A stretch of 63,778 nt of DNA, counting the filler, from Octopus bimaculoides (taxonomy: Eukaryota), in NCBI RefSeq assembly GCF_001194135.2. It is 4 parts of 4 records of this genome, joined end to end, with 100 filler letters (N's around TTAATTAATTAA, not from the genome) between each part and the next. Parts side by side here need not be neighbours in the genome. Positions count along the whole stretch, not along the records: positions 1 to 24,912 come from NC_068990.1; 3 more parts are not named here. One strand, written 5' to 3'. Position 1 is the first letter of the stretch, and each line of letters opens with the position of its first letter. This document shows positions 11,100 to 22,818 of the stretch, piece after piece. Made by a program: the position numbers and the translations under genes. The notes beneath the pieces were generated by a model that had not been told where the DNA came from, did not search any database, and was given only the letters and a program-made list of their open reading frames with translations.

Positions 11100-11468
11100 T
11101 TACCGCTGCCTCAGTGAAGGCAGAGGTATTGTTTTCAGTTACGTTTGTTTGTTTATCCATGGACAAGATATCTCAAGAACTGCTGGATGGATTTGGATGA
11201 AACTTTCAGGGATGTTTGCCCTTATGACTGGCATGAACTGATTAAATTTTGGGATTGATCCGGTACTGGACAAAGATTCTGGATTATTTTCTCGTTTTTT
11301 TCTTTACTTAATTTTTGAAAGTGGTTGGGTTCATTTTTAGTATTCTTGTTCACGAGAGCAGTCAAATTTATTTCAGATATTCTCATTTTAAAAATCATCT
11401 TCAGCTAAACAGTGAGAGGACGTTGGTGTTACCTTGCCAGAGGTTTGCACTCTCTGAGTGCTCTTGTT
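11100..11468 (+). mobile_element. Helentron-associated (DINE-1/HINE-like) non-autonomous element
   Basis: 5' palindrome CTGCCT-CAGTGA-AGGCAG followed by AGGT, (TTTG)n, GGATGGATTTGGATGAAACTTTCAGG, 3' CCTTGCCAGAGGT..CTCTGAGTGCTCTTGTT; sits in TT/ATT-rich sequence. Classification from recalled architecture. Confidence 0.55.
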
Positions 11469-11481
11469 ATTATTACTATAA

Positions 11482-11685
11482 TAAGGCAGCAAGCTGGCAG
11501 AATCATTGGCACACCGGAATAAATGCTTTGCGGCATTTTGTTCGTCCTTACATTCTGAGTTCAAATTCTGCTGAGGTCAACTTTCAGGGTAAATAAAGTA
11601 AGTACCAGTGAAACACTGGAGTCAATGTAATCGACTAGCTACTTCCCACCAAATTTCAGGCCTTGTGCTTATAGTAGAAATTATT
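11482..11685 (+). mobile_element. SINE family A, full length
   Basis: AAGGCAGCAAGCTGGCAGAATC..TTCTGAGTTCAAATTC..GGCCTTGTGCTTATAGTAGAAATTATT. Confidence 0.85.
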
Positions 11686-11689
11686 ATCA

Positions 11690-11862
11690 TTATTATTTTA
11701 TGTTTGACTTTTGCTTTGCATTTGTACAAGTTGGATCCAAGTCTCACCCAGAGACCTCAAGAGACAACAAGTTAGAAGTTCATGTAGGTGTTATGCCTAG
11801 GGTACCATATATTTGGATTTGTACAGTGTTGTTCTAGAGAATGTTTAAGAAACCGTAAGAAA
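11690..11862 (-). mobile_element. ~170-bp 3' tip of a Dong-type element between (ATT)n tracts
   Basis: Minus strand ends GCAAAAGTCAAACATAAAATAATAAT, as at window position 1-25; (ATT)n on both sides. Confidence 0.55.
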
Positions 11863-11913
<51 letters not shown>

Positions 11914-12027
11914 NNNNNNNNNNNNNNNNNNNNNNNNNNNNNNNNNNNNNNNNNNNNNNNNNNNNNNNNNNNNNNNNNNNNNNNNNNNNNNNNNNNNNNN
12001 NNNNNNNNNNNNNNNNNNNNNNNNNNN

Positions 12028-12637
12028 AAAACAACTTCTGCCACATTCCAGGGAGAAAAACTAGATGTAGTTGATAGCTTCCACTATCTAGGTGACCAAG
12101 TTAGTAGTGGGGGAGGGTGCGCTGAAAGTGTAGCTGCTAGAATAAGAATAGCCTGGGCAAAGTTCAGAGAGCTCTTACCTTTGCTGGTGACAAAGGGCCT
12201 CTCACTCAAAGTAAAAGGCAGATTGTATGAGGCATGTGTACGAACAGCCATGCTTCATGGCAGTGAAACATGGGCTGTGACTGCTGAGGACATGCATAGG
12301 CTCGCAAGGAATGAAGCCAGTATGCTCCGATGGATATGTAATGTCAGTGTGCATACTAGAGAGAGTATCAGTACCTTGAGAAAAAAGTTGAACTTACGAA
12401 GCATCAGTTGTGGTGCGCAAGAGAGACGATTGCGCTGGTATGGTCATGTAGCGAGAATGGATGAGGATAGCTGTGTGAAAAAGTGCCACACCCTAGCAGT
12501 TGAGGGAACCTGTGGAAGAGGTAGGCCCAGGAAGACCTGGGATGAGGTGGTGAGGCACGACCTGTGAACATTGGGCCTCACCGAGGCGATGACTTCTGAC
12601 CGAGACCTTTGGAAATATGCTGTGCGTGAGAAGACTC
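12028..12637 (+). mobile_element. RTE-clade LINE, 3' coding fragment (little degraded)
   Basis: LDVVDSFHYLGDQV..ARIRIAWAKFRELLPLL..KGRLYEACVRTAMLHGSETW..RRLRWYGHVARM..GRGRPRKTWDEVV (RT thumb and RTE C-terminus); both ends are at gaps. Confidence 0.9.
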
Positions 12638-13071
12638 NNNNNNNNNNNNNNNNNNNNNNNNNNNNNNNNNNNNNNNNNNNNNNNNNNNNNNNNNNNNNNN
12701 NNNNNNNNNNNNNNNNNNNNNNNNNNNNNNNNNNNNNNNNNNNNNNNNNNNNNNNNNNNNNNNNNNNNNNNNNNNNNNNNNNNNNNNNNNNNNNNNNNNN
12801 NNNNNNNNNNNNNNNNNNNNNNNNNNNNNNNNNNNNNNNNNNNNNNNNNNNNNNNNNNNNNNNNNNNNNNNNNNNNNNNNNNNNNNNNNNNNNNNNNNNN
12901 NNNNNNNNNNNNNNNNNNNNNNNNNNNNNNNNNNNNNNNNNNNNNNNNNNNNNNNNNNNNNNNNNNNNNNNNNNNNNNNNNNNNNNNNNNNNNNNNNNNN
13001 NNNNNNNNNNNNNNNNNNNNNNNNNNNNNNNNNNNNNNNNNNNNNNNNNNNNNNNNNNNNNNNNNNNNNNN

Positions 13072-13525
13072 GTCCTTACACATGATGCTGGCACAAGTGC
13101 CAGAAAGGCGACGCTGGGCACAGGTGCCATCACAATTTCGCTTTCGCTTGCCCCAATAAGTCTTCGCAAGCTGAGTTTCGTGTCCAATGAGGGAGACGAC
13201 GTTAGCATGGGTGCCAGTCGTTGAATTTAGTTCGATTTCACTTGCCTCAACAGGTCTTCGCAAGTGGAGTTTAGTGTCCAATGAAGGAAGTGGACTGGCT
13301 GAGGCCTTAGATTTAGGTCTCACTTGGCTCGCCGGGTCTTCTCACGCACAGCATTTGGCAGAGTTTCTACAGCTGGATACCCTTCCCAATGCCAGCCACT
13401 CAGAGAGTGTANNNNNNNNNNCTTCCCAATGCCAGCCACTCAGAGAGTGTAGTGGGTGCTTTTACGTGCCATCGGCACGAAGGCCAGTCAGGCGGTACTG
13501 GTAACGGCCACGCTCAAAATAGGCA
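13072..13525 (-). mobile_element. RTE 3'-UTR-derived sequence with ~100-bp tandem units
   Basis: Minus strand contains GCTGTGCGTGAGAAGAC (same as 12619-12635), repeated CATTGGACAC.AAACTC..TTGCGAAGAC units, and the GGCACGTAAAAGCACCC..GGAAGGG.ATCCAGCTGTAGAAAC tail also seen at ~20975-21045. Confidence 0.7.
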
Positions 13526-13530
13526 CTTCC

Positions 13531-13543
13531 CAAGATGGCGGCC
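13531..13543 (+). promoter_or_regulatory. YY1-consensus motif at the Tx1 5' end
   Basis: CAAGATGGCGGCC is an exact match to the established YY1 consensus; function is inferred. Confidence 0.4.
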
Positions 13544-15247
13544 ACACGCGCCACTACAAATCCAAAAGCACCACAGACTCTATAGACAGCGATAAAACTA
13601 ACCGCAAAGAACAAAGAAGTATTACGACAGAGAAAAGCGAAACAATGGAGAACACGCAAACACTCAATAGTCGAATAGACAACAAAAATGTAACTGCCAA
13701 CTCTCCAAACAGAAATAATGTGGAAAATGCCTAGATAACTGATACCACCACAGAAAATAACAGCTCCAACGAAGCAGAGAAGTTTAACAGAAAACAATAA
13801 CAGAACGAATAACGACAACAAAACATCGATGAGAACACAACCAGTACCAACGACAACACCAGCAACAGAGAGGCGGGTGTATTTGGAAGTAACAATAGCA
13901 GTAACAACGTGAACGATTCCACCACTACCATCAACAGTAAGAGTAGAACAAGTACTTTTGCAGCAGTAGGTGCGAAATGCCAACAAAAGTACTATGAGAT
14001 AGACATCTACAACAAGAAAGAGATGTTAGCCCTAGCTAAACTCATAAAGAGAAAAAACCTGGACAAACCTTGCAATCCCAGCCGAAGTGGAGGTAGAAAT
14101 TGAGAAGAGGACGGTAAAGTATAGGTGTGTCTCGGAGAGCAGAACAACCCTCCCACCTTCAGATAGAGATGGCACTGAGATCAATCAGAGGAGATGTCGA
14201 ATTCATTTAAAGGGCCTGAGGTTTTGGTACCATCTCGGTGCTTTTTAAAACAGAAGAGCTGACCATGAAGCATTTGGTGAGACTTCGTAAAACTGATCAG
14301 CTTATAATATACCTGTCCTACATGGGCAGAAGAATAATACCAGGTATCAACATATGGTAGCTCGTGGGAAGCGTGATCGCGGAGGGCAGCGACACCTTCC
14401 TCCTAAAAGTCCAACGGATACAAAGAGAAGACTGGTTGAAATGGATTTGGAAATGCTAATCCAAATAAAACCACAAGATTTGGAGAACATCCCAGACTAT
14501 GTCTGCCTCAAGGACAAGACGAAATTACCCTTGATAATCAAGGGCAGAAGCAACACAACTACAAGCACGCTACCCTCAGAGAAAAGGTATAGGGGTCTGT
14601 TGACCTCCGTTGACACCAACACCAAATCTCGGGAAACAAAAAACAGTACCAGCTGTAGAAAGCTCACCAACAACAACAAGAAAAGCAGCAAAAATAGCAA
14701 CAATAGCGGCAGCGGTAGCAGGCGTAACAACAGCACTAACAAGAAAACCGTTGGAGAGGTCAACCACGAAAACCAACACCTCGCAACCAAGCTCAACTAC
14801 CAACCCCAACAGTTGGTCTTCTTGGACCCAGAAGGTAAGTCGGTGGTCCTGAATATGAACGATAATGAAGGCAGTGCTTTTAGAGTGGTCACTGTGTATG
14901 CTCCGACTGGATTGGGGTAGCCGGATTTCTTCAGACGTTTGGAGATCTTTCTAGGGACGTCTCACTCTTTAGTGTTTGTGGGCGACTAGAACGCCATCTT
15001 GGATGCACGTGTGGATTGCGTGGAGCTAGTGGATAGAAAGAGGGTGTGTAAGCCTCGTAAATCTGCTCAATCGTTTCCAACTGGCTGACAGGTTCAGGCT
15101 GGATTACCCGAATGCCCCATTGGAGACATGGGCAAACGTCGGGTCATCGAGATCTTATCTAGATAGGATATTTTGTAGGCCAGTAGATAGGGATAGCATA
15201 GGTTGTTCACAATTCGAACTTGTCAGCTATACAGACTGTACAGCTAT

Positions 15248-15662
15248 AGGCGTAGGAGTGGCTGTGTGGTAAGTAGCTTGTTTACCAACCACATTATTCC
15301 GGGTTCAGTCCCACTGCGTGCCACCTTGGGCAAGTGTCTTCTACTATAGCCTCGGGCCGACCAAAGCCTTGTGAGTGGATTTGGTAGACGGAAACTGAAA
15401 GAAGCCTGTCGTATATATGTATATATATGTATGTGTGTGTATATGTTTGCGTGTCTGTGTTTGTCCCCCAACATCGCTTGACAACCGATGCTGGTGTGTT
15501 TATGTCCCCGTAACTTAGCGGTTCGGCAAAAGAGACCGATAGAATAAGTACTAGGCTTACAAAGAATAAGTCCTGGGGTCGATTTGCTCGACTAAAGGTG
15601 GTGCTCCAGCATGGCCACAGTCAAATGACTGAAACAAGTAAAAGAGTAAAAGAGTAAGAGTA
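15248..15662 (+). mobile_element. SINE family B, full length, nested in the Tx1 endonuclease
   Basis: GGCGTAGGAGTGGCTGTGTGG (A box), GGTTCAGTCCC (B box), CCTTGGGCAAGTG core and (AAGAGT)n-like tail; splits ACAGAC|CACAAA (T-D|H-K). Confidence 0.9.
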
Positions 15663-18644
15663 AGACCACAAATTTGTGATCTGTGCGGTTGGCCTACATA
15701 GGCTTTCTAAACAGGTCCTGGATACTGGAAGCTGAACACATCCTTCCTGGCACGTCAAGCTTTCAGAAAGTTGACAGGTGCAGTCGTTAACAACCGATAG
15801 TAGGTAGCCCCAAAACGGGAGATTAGAGTAGAAGCTGTAAAATTTAGCAGAGAACTAGCGATAGAGAAGACTAGAGTAGAGGGAGATCTAGTAAGGAAAT
15901 TAGAAAAGGTACTCAGTAGAGGCACAGCGACCGATGTGCTGGCAGCGAGATTGGTTCTGAACCAATTCTTCAACACCGAGCATGAAGGTTGCACTGTCAT
16001 AGCTAGGGCGTGTACTCTAAAACAGGAGGGAATGAAAGCTGTTCAATGGGCCTTAGTGGTTGAGGCACAACATAGTAATAAAACTACAACTAGTCTTTAA
16101 GGGGTCAGGACGGGTGCATGCTATACAAGTCCAAGCAGATTTGTGCAGAATTTCAGCAGCACTTAGCTGAACTGTACAGAGCATGTGGTGGTCTGGAGGT
16201 GGAGGTGAACTTCACTTCCTACCTTGATGATCTGCAGTGGCTTTCAGCCAGGGATGTGGAGTTCTGCGAAATGCCAATAACAGCTGAAGATATATGTGAT
16301 GTGTTGGCTTTTTGCATAAGGGATAATTCTTTGGGATTGGATGGTCTGCTCTTCGAGCTTTATATTCATATGCCAGACTTATTTGGTGAGCTTTTGCAGG
16401 ATGTTTACTGCAACTGGCAGCAGAATGGGAGAGTCCCTAGATCTGTGAGCCAAAGTGTGGTGGTGCTACTGAGAAAGGACCCAAACAAGGAGAACATTGT
16501 TGATAACTTTAGGCCTGTAACTAATAAATGCAGATTACAAAATTTTGGCCAAGGTGTTAGCAAAGAGGTTGGCGCTTGTCGTTAACAGACTGGTGGGTGA
16601 TGTGCAGACAACTTTCACCTCATGCAATACATCATAGAGATGGTTGGTAAAGAACGTGGGTGGGGCCCTGATCAATTTGGATCAATCGAAAGCTTTTGAT
16701 AGGGTCGACCATCAGTACTTGGAGGCTGTTCTTAAGGTGGCTGGTTTCGGTCTCATTTTCAGAGGCTGGATCATTGCAACGTACAGCAAAATCTGTTTGG
16801 TGGTCAAAGTAAATGGCCACCTGTCGGATCATGTAGTATCATATGTTTGGTCCATCAAAGATGCTGACTCTCACCCCTTCTCTATATGCTGGCACTCAAG
16901 CCATTACTATGGCAGCTGGATATTTTGAGAGGCATTCCGTGTGAAGTAGGATGTGGAAGGTTCGTGTTGGCATATGCTGATGATGTCACTGTGATAGTGT
17001 CAGACATCTCAGTTATTGAGCTTGTCGGCACTACCCTAAAGGAATATGAAGTGGTGACAGGCGCAATGCTTAACTAAGAGAATTCAGTGGGTCTACAGCT
17101 TGGTACCTGGAGAGGCAGGTCCTTGCTGACTGACAACATTGTGGGGTGCTGTATGGAAGGACTGGTTAAGTTGCTTGGGGTCTGGTTTGGTCCAGACCTC
17201 CAAGTAGACAAGAACTGGAGTGAGGTGATAGACAGGGTAGCCAGTCTTACTCAGAAATGGGCCAAGAGGAAGCTGTCCTTGAAAGGTCAGGTAGAGGTGG
17301 CAAATGGAGGTGGTATATGATGTACATCATATACTCTCACCTGACTGTCATCCCTTGACCTGCTTCATGGCTGAATGGGCTGGTGTACTTGTTCTTCTAC
17401 TTCCTGTGGAAGAGACAGGTACCACTTGTCAGATGGTCCATTTGCTGTCAGTACCCATTGCATGGAGGACTGAGCATACCGTGGCTGATGATGCACAGAC
17501 ATGCACTGAGGCTGTGACATCTCCAGCAATACCTTAATGGTGAGCAGGTGTGGCCACCGTTTATTGGATGTGTTTTGCCACAGTTTGTCTCCTTGATGGG
17601 GCCACAGTCCTGAATCAGGAGTAGACTGAGGCAAAGTGCTTAGCATCTAGAGTGTTTCCAAGCACTCACAGTCCTCAGCTAGTTGGGTAATCCCCTATAA
17701 AACTCCAAGGTGGAACTTCCACCTTGGAGTTCTATAAGGGATTAGTGGAGGGCAAGAGTGATGATGTTCTTGGAGAGGTTCTGGATGTCGGGGGGGGNNN
17801 NNNNNNNNNNNNNNNNNNGGGGGGGGGGGGATCAACTGGCTCGTCTCTTCTGGAGGACTTTCAGGCCAGGGCCCATGGATAACTTCCAGAAATCCCTGGC
17901 CTGGTAGTGCTACTAGGGGGGGGCGGGGGACTCTGCCAGTTTGTGATAAGCTCTACAAGCATGGGTGTGCAGTCAGACGGGCTTGCCTGAAATGCATGCT
18001 CTCATACAGTGTCCATGCATTGCTAACTTGTAGAGCTTTGTCAAACAGCTATTGTCATGTGTAGGACGGATCTGGCAATCGTCTGAGTCCATTGTGAAGA
18101 TCGGTCTGCCTCCTTCCTTTGGCCAGGAAGGACAGGCAGTTTTTCTTTGTCTGGTGACTATGGCAAAAGAGGTTGTGTGGTGGACATGATTGAAAGGGTT
18201 GAAGATGAGTACTTTCTTCTTCGGCCAAGGCCTCATTAACGTTTTCAGGTTTCACCTGAAAAGGAAAGTGAGGCTGGAGAGGGAGGTGCTGTCATCCAGT
18301 AAGTTTGTTGAAAAGTGTGTGAATGTAGCAAGAATGGCCTGTGTGAATGGGCCTACTCTAAGTATGTGCCTGTAGGCTGGATAGAATGAGGAGGAGAGGG
18401 GTGCCTAACTGAGGTGCCTTTGGTGTTAGGGGATTCAAAGAGTATGAGGTTCCTTTGGTCACCTCTCAGTAGAACTAATGGGGAAGTATATTGTTGGTTT
18501 AATCCCCTTGTTAATTGTTGTGGTTTTCTTTTTGCTGTTTACATGTTTAACCCTGCTGTCCCTTGTCTGTGTATTGTCCTTTGTGTTTTTGTTTAGCCCT
18601 CATGGATATATTGTCTGTGTGTTCTTGAACTGGAACATGGAACA

Positions 18645-18910
18645 ATTATTTTGTCATATACAGACAATGTAACCATGAGGATAACAGAAACAATTGGAAT
18701 CGAGGTGATTGGGACCACCCTTAGGGAGTATGAAAAGGTAAAAGAAGCACTCATTAACCTGACCAAATCAACAGGCTTGCAGCCTGGCATTGGATAGTTT
18801 AGGCCAATATCAGGTATTACAGATCTGGCTGTCATGTTAAAAGACTAGGAGTTTGATTCAGATCAGACAACCTGCAGATAGGCACTGGAATGAAGCTATG
18901 AATAAGGATG
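18645..18910 (+). mobile_element. Second Tx1 RT fragment (diverged subfamily)
   Basis: ILSYTDNVTMRITETIGIEVIGTTLREYEKVKEALINLTKSTGLQ and HVKRLGV*F align to VLAYADDVTVIVSDISVIELVGTTLKEYEVVTGAMLN and LVKLLGVWF of the upstream element. Confidence 0.7.
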
Positions 18911-19624
18911 GCAAGTGTAACAGAATCAATATTAAAACTCCAAATGCTTGATCTACTTCCTATAAACCTTGCTATCTTTATCAGCTTGTATTGATATTTT
19001 TTCTACTTCACAAACAAGAGTGTTATTTTATTTTGTATTTTCTAATCAGAAGTATCAATATGACTTTCACTACTTTATTAACTGTAATTCATTCTCTTAG
19101 CTTCTAAAATGTAAAGAAATAATGAGAAGTTATTTGATACTTGCACGTTAGTTTTCAATTGAAACACATCAACAGAGAAGACTATATTTTAACACTTAGC
19201 CAACTGGCTCAGGGGCAAGCTGCCTACAACATATCAAGTATGAACAACATCAGTAGCATTCATTGTTAGTGACCACAAAAGTGTTTCCAAGTACTTTTGG
19301 ACCAGTTAGTCTATTTCTCATATGCAAATATTATGGTCAGTCACCTTACTGTTGTCACAAGCACCTAACACATTTTGACACATACTTTTACTGCCAACAG
19401 TTTAACTCTAGCTTTCTCATACACATGATTAAGCATGCTCATACACCTGAATTGATAGGTATTCAGAAGAAACTCATGTTATATAATATTTTGAAACAGA
19501 TATTTTTAATGTAACACAGAATTGTCAAAGGTTTCTTTCATACTGAACTTTGTTTCTATTATTCTCTTCACAACAAAATTGGTGACTTAACCAAAAGTTA
19601 ATAAACCTCTGAATATTACACATG

Positions 19625-21150
19625 CATTTACACTAACCTTACCCTGAAGTGAATTGAAAGGAGCTGATTGGTGAGAGCAGTACAAGTCATATACAGGGAT
19701 GTTGTCAGTAAGGTGAGGGTTGGCAACGAGTATAGCAATGGATTCAGGGTACAAGTAGGTGTTCACCAAAGATCAGTCCTCAGCCCCCTCTTGTTCATCA
19801 TAGTCCTCCAGGTAATAACAGAAGAATTTAAGACAGGCCACCCCTGGGAGTTCCTCTCTGCTAATGACCTTGTTCTTATAACTGAATCACTATAAGAACT
19901 AGAGAAGAAATTTCAGGTGTAGAAGCAAGGTCTAGGATTGAAGGGCTTTAAAGTTAACCTAGCATAAACCAAAGTCTTAGTAAGTAGGAAGGCAGACAAA
20001 TCACAAATCACAAATCTCTTCAGGTAGATGGCCCTGCTCAGTTTGTAGAAACTCTATAAGATGTACTGAGTGCAAGCTATGGACACTTAAGAAGTGCAGC
20101 AATATCAGAAGAAGTTTAACTTGGAAAATAGTTTTTGTGTGTGGAAAATGCACAGGTTCTATAAACATTAAAAATGTACAGAAAATAGACTCCATCAAAT
20201 GCCAGTGAGGTAAGCTAGAGGTAGTTGATAGCTTTTGTTACCAAGGTGACCAAGTCAGTAGTGGAGGTGGATGCTCTGAAAGCATAGCGGCAAGAATAAG
20301 AATAGGCTGGGCAAAGTTCAGAAAGCTCCTCCCTCAGATTGAAAGGCAGATTGTATGATGTCTGTATGTGAACTGCTATGCTACATGGCAGTGAAACATG
20401 AGCTGTGACCACTGAGGGCATGTGTAGGCTTGTAAGAAATGAAGCTAGCTTGCTTCGCTGGATGTGCAATATCAGTGTGCATGTATGACGGAATGTAAGT
20501 GTCTTGAGAGAAAACTTGAGTATAAGAGGCATCAGATGTGATGTGCAAGAGAGATGACTGTGCTGATATGGTCATGTAATGTGTATGGATGAAGGCGGCT
20601 GTGTAAAGAAGTGCCGATCCCTAACTGTGAAGGGAATCTGTGGAAGAGGTAGACCCAGGAAGACATGGACAAGGTAGTGAATCATGATCTTTGAACGTTG
20701 GGCCTCATGAAGGCAATGACAAGTGACCAAACCTTTAGTGATATTCCATGCTTGAAAAGACCTGTCTAGTCAAGTGAAATCATAGCTATAGCTGATTCTG
20801 GTGTAATGTAACTGGCACTTGTGCCAGTGGCACATAAAAAGCACCTTTTGAGTGTTGGGCCTCACGGAGGCAATGACAAATAACTGAGACCTTTGGCAAT
20901 ATGCCATGCTTGAGCCATGTGAAATCATAGTTGTGGCAGATGCTAGTATCACACAACTGGCACTCGTGCCAGTTACATGTAAAAGCACCCATTACACTCT
21001 TGGAGTGGCTGGTGTTAGGAAGGGCATCAAGCTGTAGAAACCATACCAAATCAGACTGGAGTCTGGTGCAGTCCTTCAGCTTACCAGCCCTAGTCAAACT
21101 GCCCAACCCCTGCCAGTATGGACGATCGATGTTAAATGATAATGATGATA
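19625..21150 (+). mobile_element. RTE-clade LINE, 5'-truncated, degraded, with complete 3' UTR
   Basis: VQVGVHQRSVLSPLLFIIVL, WEFLSANDLV (YADD equivalent), VNLA*TKV, RIRIGWAKFR, MLHGSET, GRGRPRKT; tandem 157-bp 3' units; short (GAT/AAT) tail at ~21135-21150. Confidence 0.85.
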
Positions 21151-21739
21151 TATACATATATACAAACAAAGCATATATTTTGGTCAAAACCAATGCCAAA
21201 ATTAATAATCTACCACTTGCTTTCCTTTCCTTTCCTCGGTCAAGAAGCTCACCGCAGTAATTCAGTTATTGAATCATTCTCCCATAACCATCTATGAGAA
21301 ACCTATGATTTCACTTCTAGTTTTTGTAAAATATTCTAATGGATTTTTGTCACTGCTGACCTGCCAAAATCAATTCTAAGAGCAAACTTTATATCACACT
21401 GACTAAAAACACGGTGAAAATGATTGCCAAGCTTGTGATTCAACATTGGATTGCATGAAATGATATGCTTATGATAATCATGAGACACAGGATGTTAGAA
21501 TGAATCCAGTCTCTTTGAAAAAGAAAAAAACAGCAGCCATAAACACACTTTAGTTTTATTAAATAATTCATACACAGGTAAGATATTATCAAAATTAATC
21601 ATCCATGACAATATTCTGAAATTTCATTATATATATCATCTCTATAAAAATTTGACTAAGTTAATTGCATAATAATTTCAATCAATGAGGCTATGTAATT
21701 ACAAAAGAAAGTAATTTTTATTCTGCCTTAACCATTCAA

Positions 21740-21830
21740 GTATTAGTGGCACCCTGACAGTGCCCCAGCATGGCCACAGCTCAAGAGCTGAAACTAGATA
21801 AAATGAAAAAAAAATGAAAATGATAAAGAA
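21740..21830 (+). mobile_element. SINE family B, 3' tail fragment
   Basis: CAGTGCCCCAGCATGGCCACAGCTCAAGAGCTGAAAC followed by (TGAAAA)n. Confidence 0.6.
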
Positions 21831-21832
21831 TG

Positions 21833-22818
21833 TGTAGCGAAGCTTCTCTCTCAGTTATATATATGTAAATGCGGACATAGCAGATAACATCTAGCTTTTG
21901 GCCACATCTTTGGACCCTGTTGTGTCCACCACTCTGATTGGTTGGTAGTGGCACACTTTTGTCTCTAGTTCTATTTCGCGCCAGGGTGCAAACCAACCAA
22001 TCATAGCCTTCTGATTAGGTCACGTGGAACGATTTTCTGAACCCCTGCTTGAACCAATTTTTTTCTCTTAAATAGGTAGCTAGTCTGTGCTAAAGTTTGT
22101 CTTCGGCCTTAGAGCTTTTGAGGTCTAGCCGCTGACCACAGAGCACCAGCCAGTTCCAGCGACAACACTTCAACACCTTACTGCAAACTCCATCTTTAGC
22201 GCCACCATCAGCTTCTTCGTCGACAGCGTCTACACTGACGTCTCTACATACACATCTCCAACAGCACCTGCATAACTTTCTCTCAACACTGTTTGTGTGA
22301 ATTGTTTCACCACGGATAACAGTGAGACCCTCTGTACCAAGTAACTGGTCACAGCATCGTAGCCTCTACTTCTTGGGTGACAGTATATTTTCTCCAGGCT
22401 CTGCTATTCGGCCACAACTTCTTGTACAGCACTTCAACCTACTGTGTACCTTAGATACGAACTGGTATTTCTTATCCTTGTGTCTGGACTTTCTCCTAAC
22501 GTCCTTATTATAGACTGTTTTCTATGCTCTGTATCTCTTGCATTCACATACATATTTGTATACACACACTCTTTGTTTACATGATGGCCTGTCTTATATT
22601 GTGTTTTATTATGTCGCATTCACTCACACACAGACATTCTAGTTGACTACCAATAAAACCTTATTTTTATACATTTGTACCCGGTTGAGTCTATCTCTTT
22701 TCTTGTTGGCATTTACCTCATTCCATCTTTTGTTTGTTTTTATATATTTGTGCCAACCGTACGATGCGCTAAAGGAGCTGTTCCTTCGTCACCATCTCTT
22801 GGTCGCACGGTTGCTACA
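21833..22818 (+). mobile_element. Solo LTR (986 bp), probably Ty3/Gypsy
   Basis: Termini TGTAGCGA..TTGCTACA (TG..CA, imperfect inverted repeat); exact 4-bp TSD AATG at 21829-21832 and 22819-22822; CCAAT boxes, TTAAATA at 22068-22074 and AATAAA at 22652-22657. No PBS or internal region. Confidence 0.8.

Larger units (their letters stand above)
13526..18630 (+). mobile_element. L1/Tx1-clade LINE, near full length, dead (ORF1 + APE-RT-Zn ORF2)
   Basis: ORF1-like segment (DLEMLIQIKPQDLENIPDYVCLKDKTKLPLIIKGR); APE motifs RVVTVYAP, VFVGD*NAILD, SYLDRI, TDHK; RT motifs NSLGLDGL, NFRPVT, LINLDQSKAFDRVDH, YADDVT, LLGVWFG, KLSLKGQV; C-terminal knuckle region at ~17940-18360; T-rich 3' UTR. Many stops and frameshifts. 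Confidence 0.9.

Noticed and set aside
12028-12637. Domesticated or active RTE gene
   Set aside because: A 3' fragment with an internal stop, bounded by gaps; low divergence only indicates a young copy.
13382-13451. 30-bp direct repeat flanking a 10-N gap
   Set aside because: Typical unmerged contig overlap.
15248-15320. tRNA-like sequences with A and B boxes (also in family A and C heads)
   Set aside because: They continue into SINE bodies and lack a complete cloverleaf; not tRNA genes.
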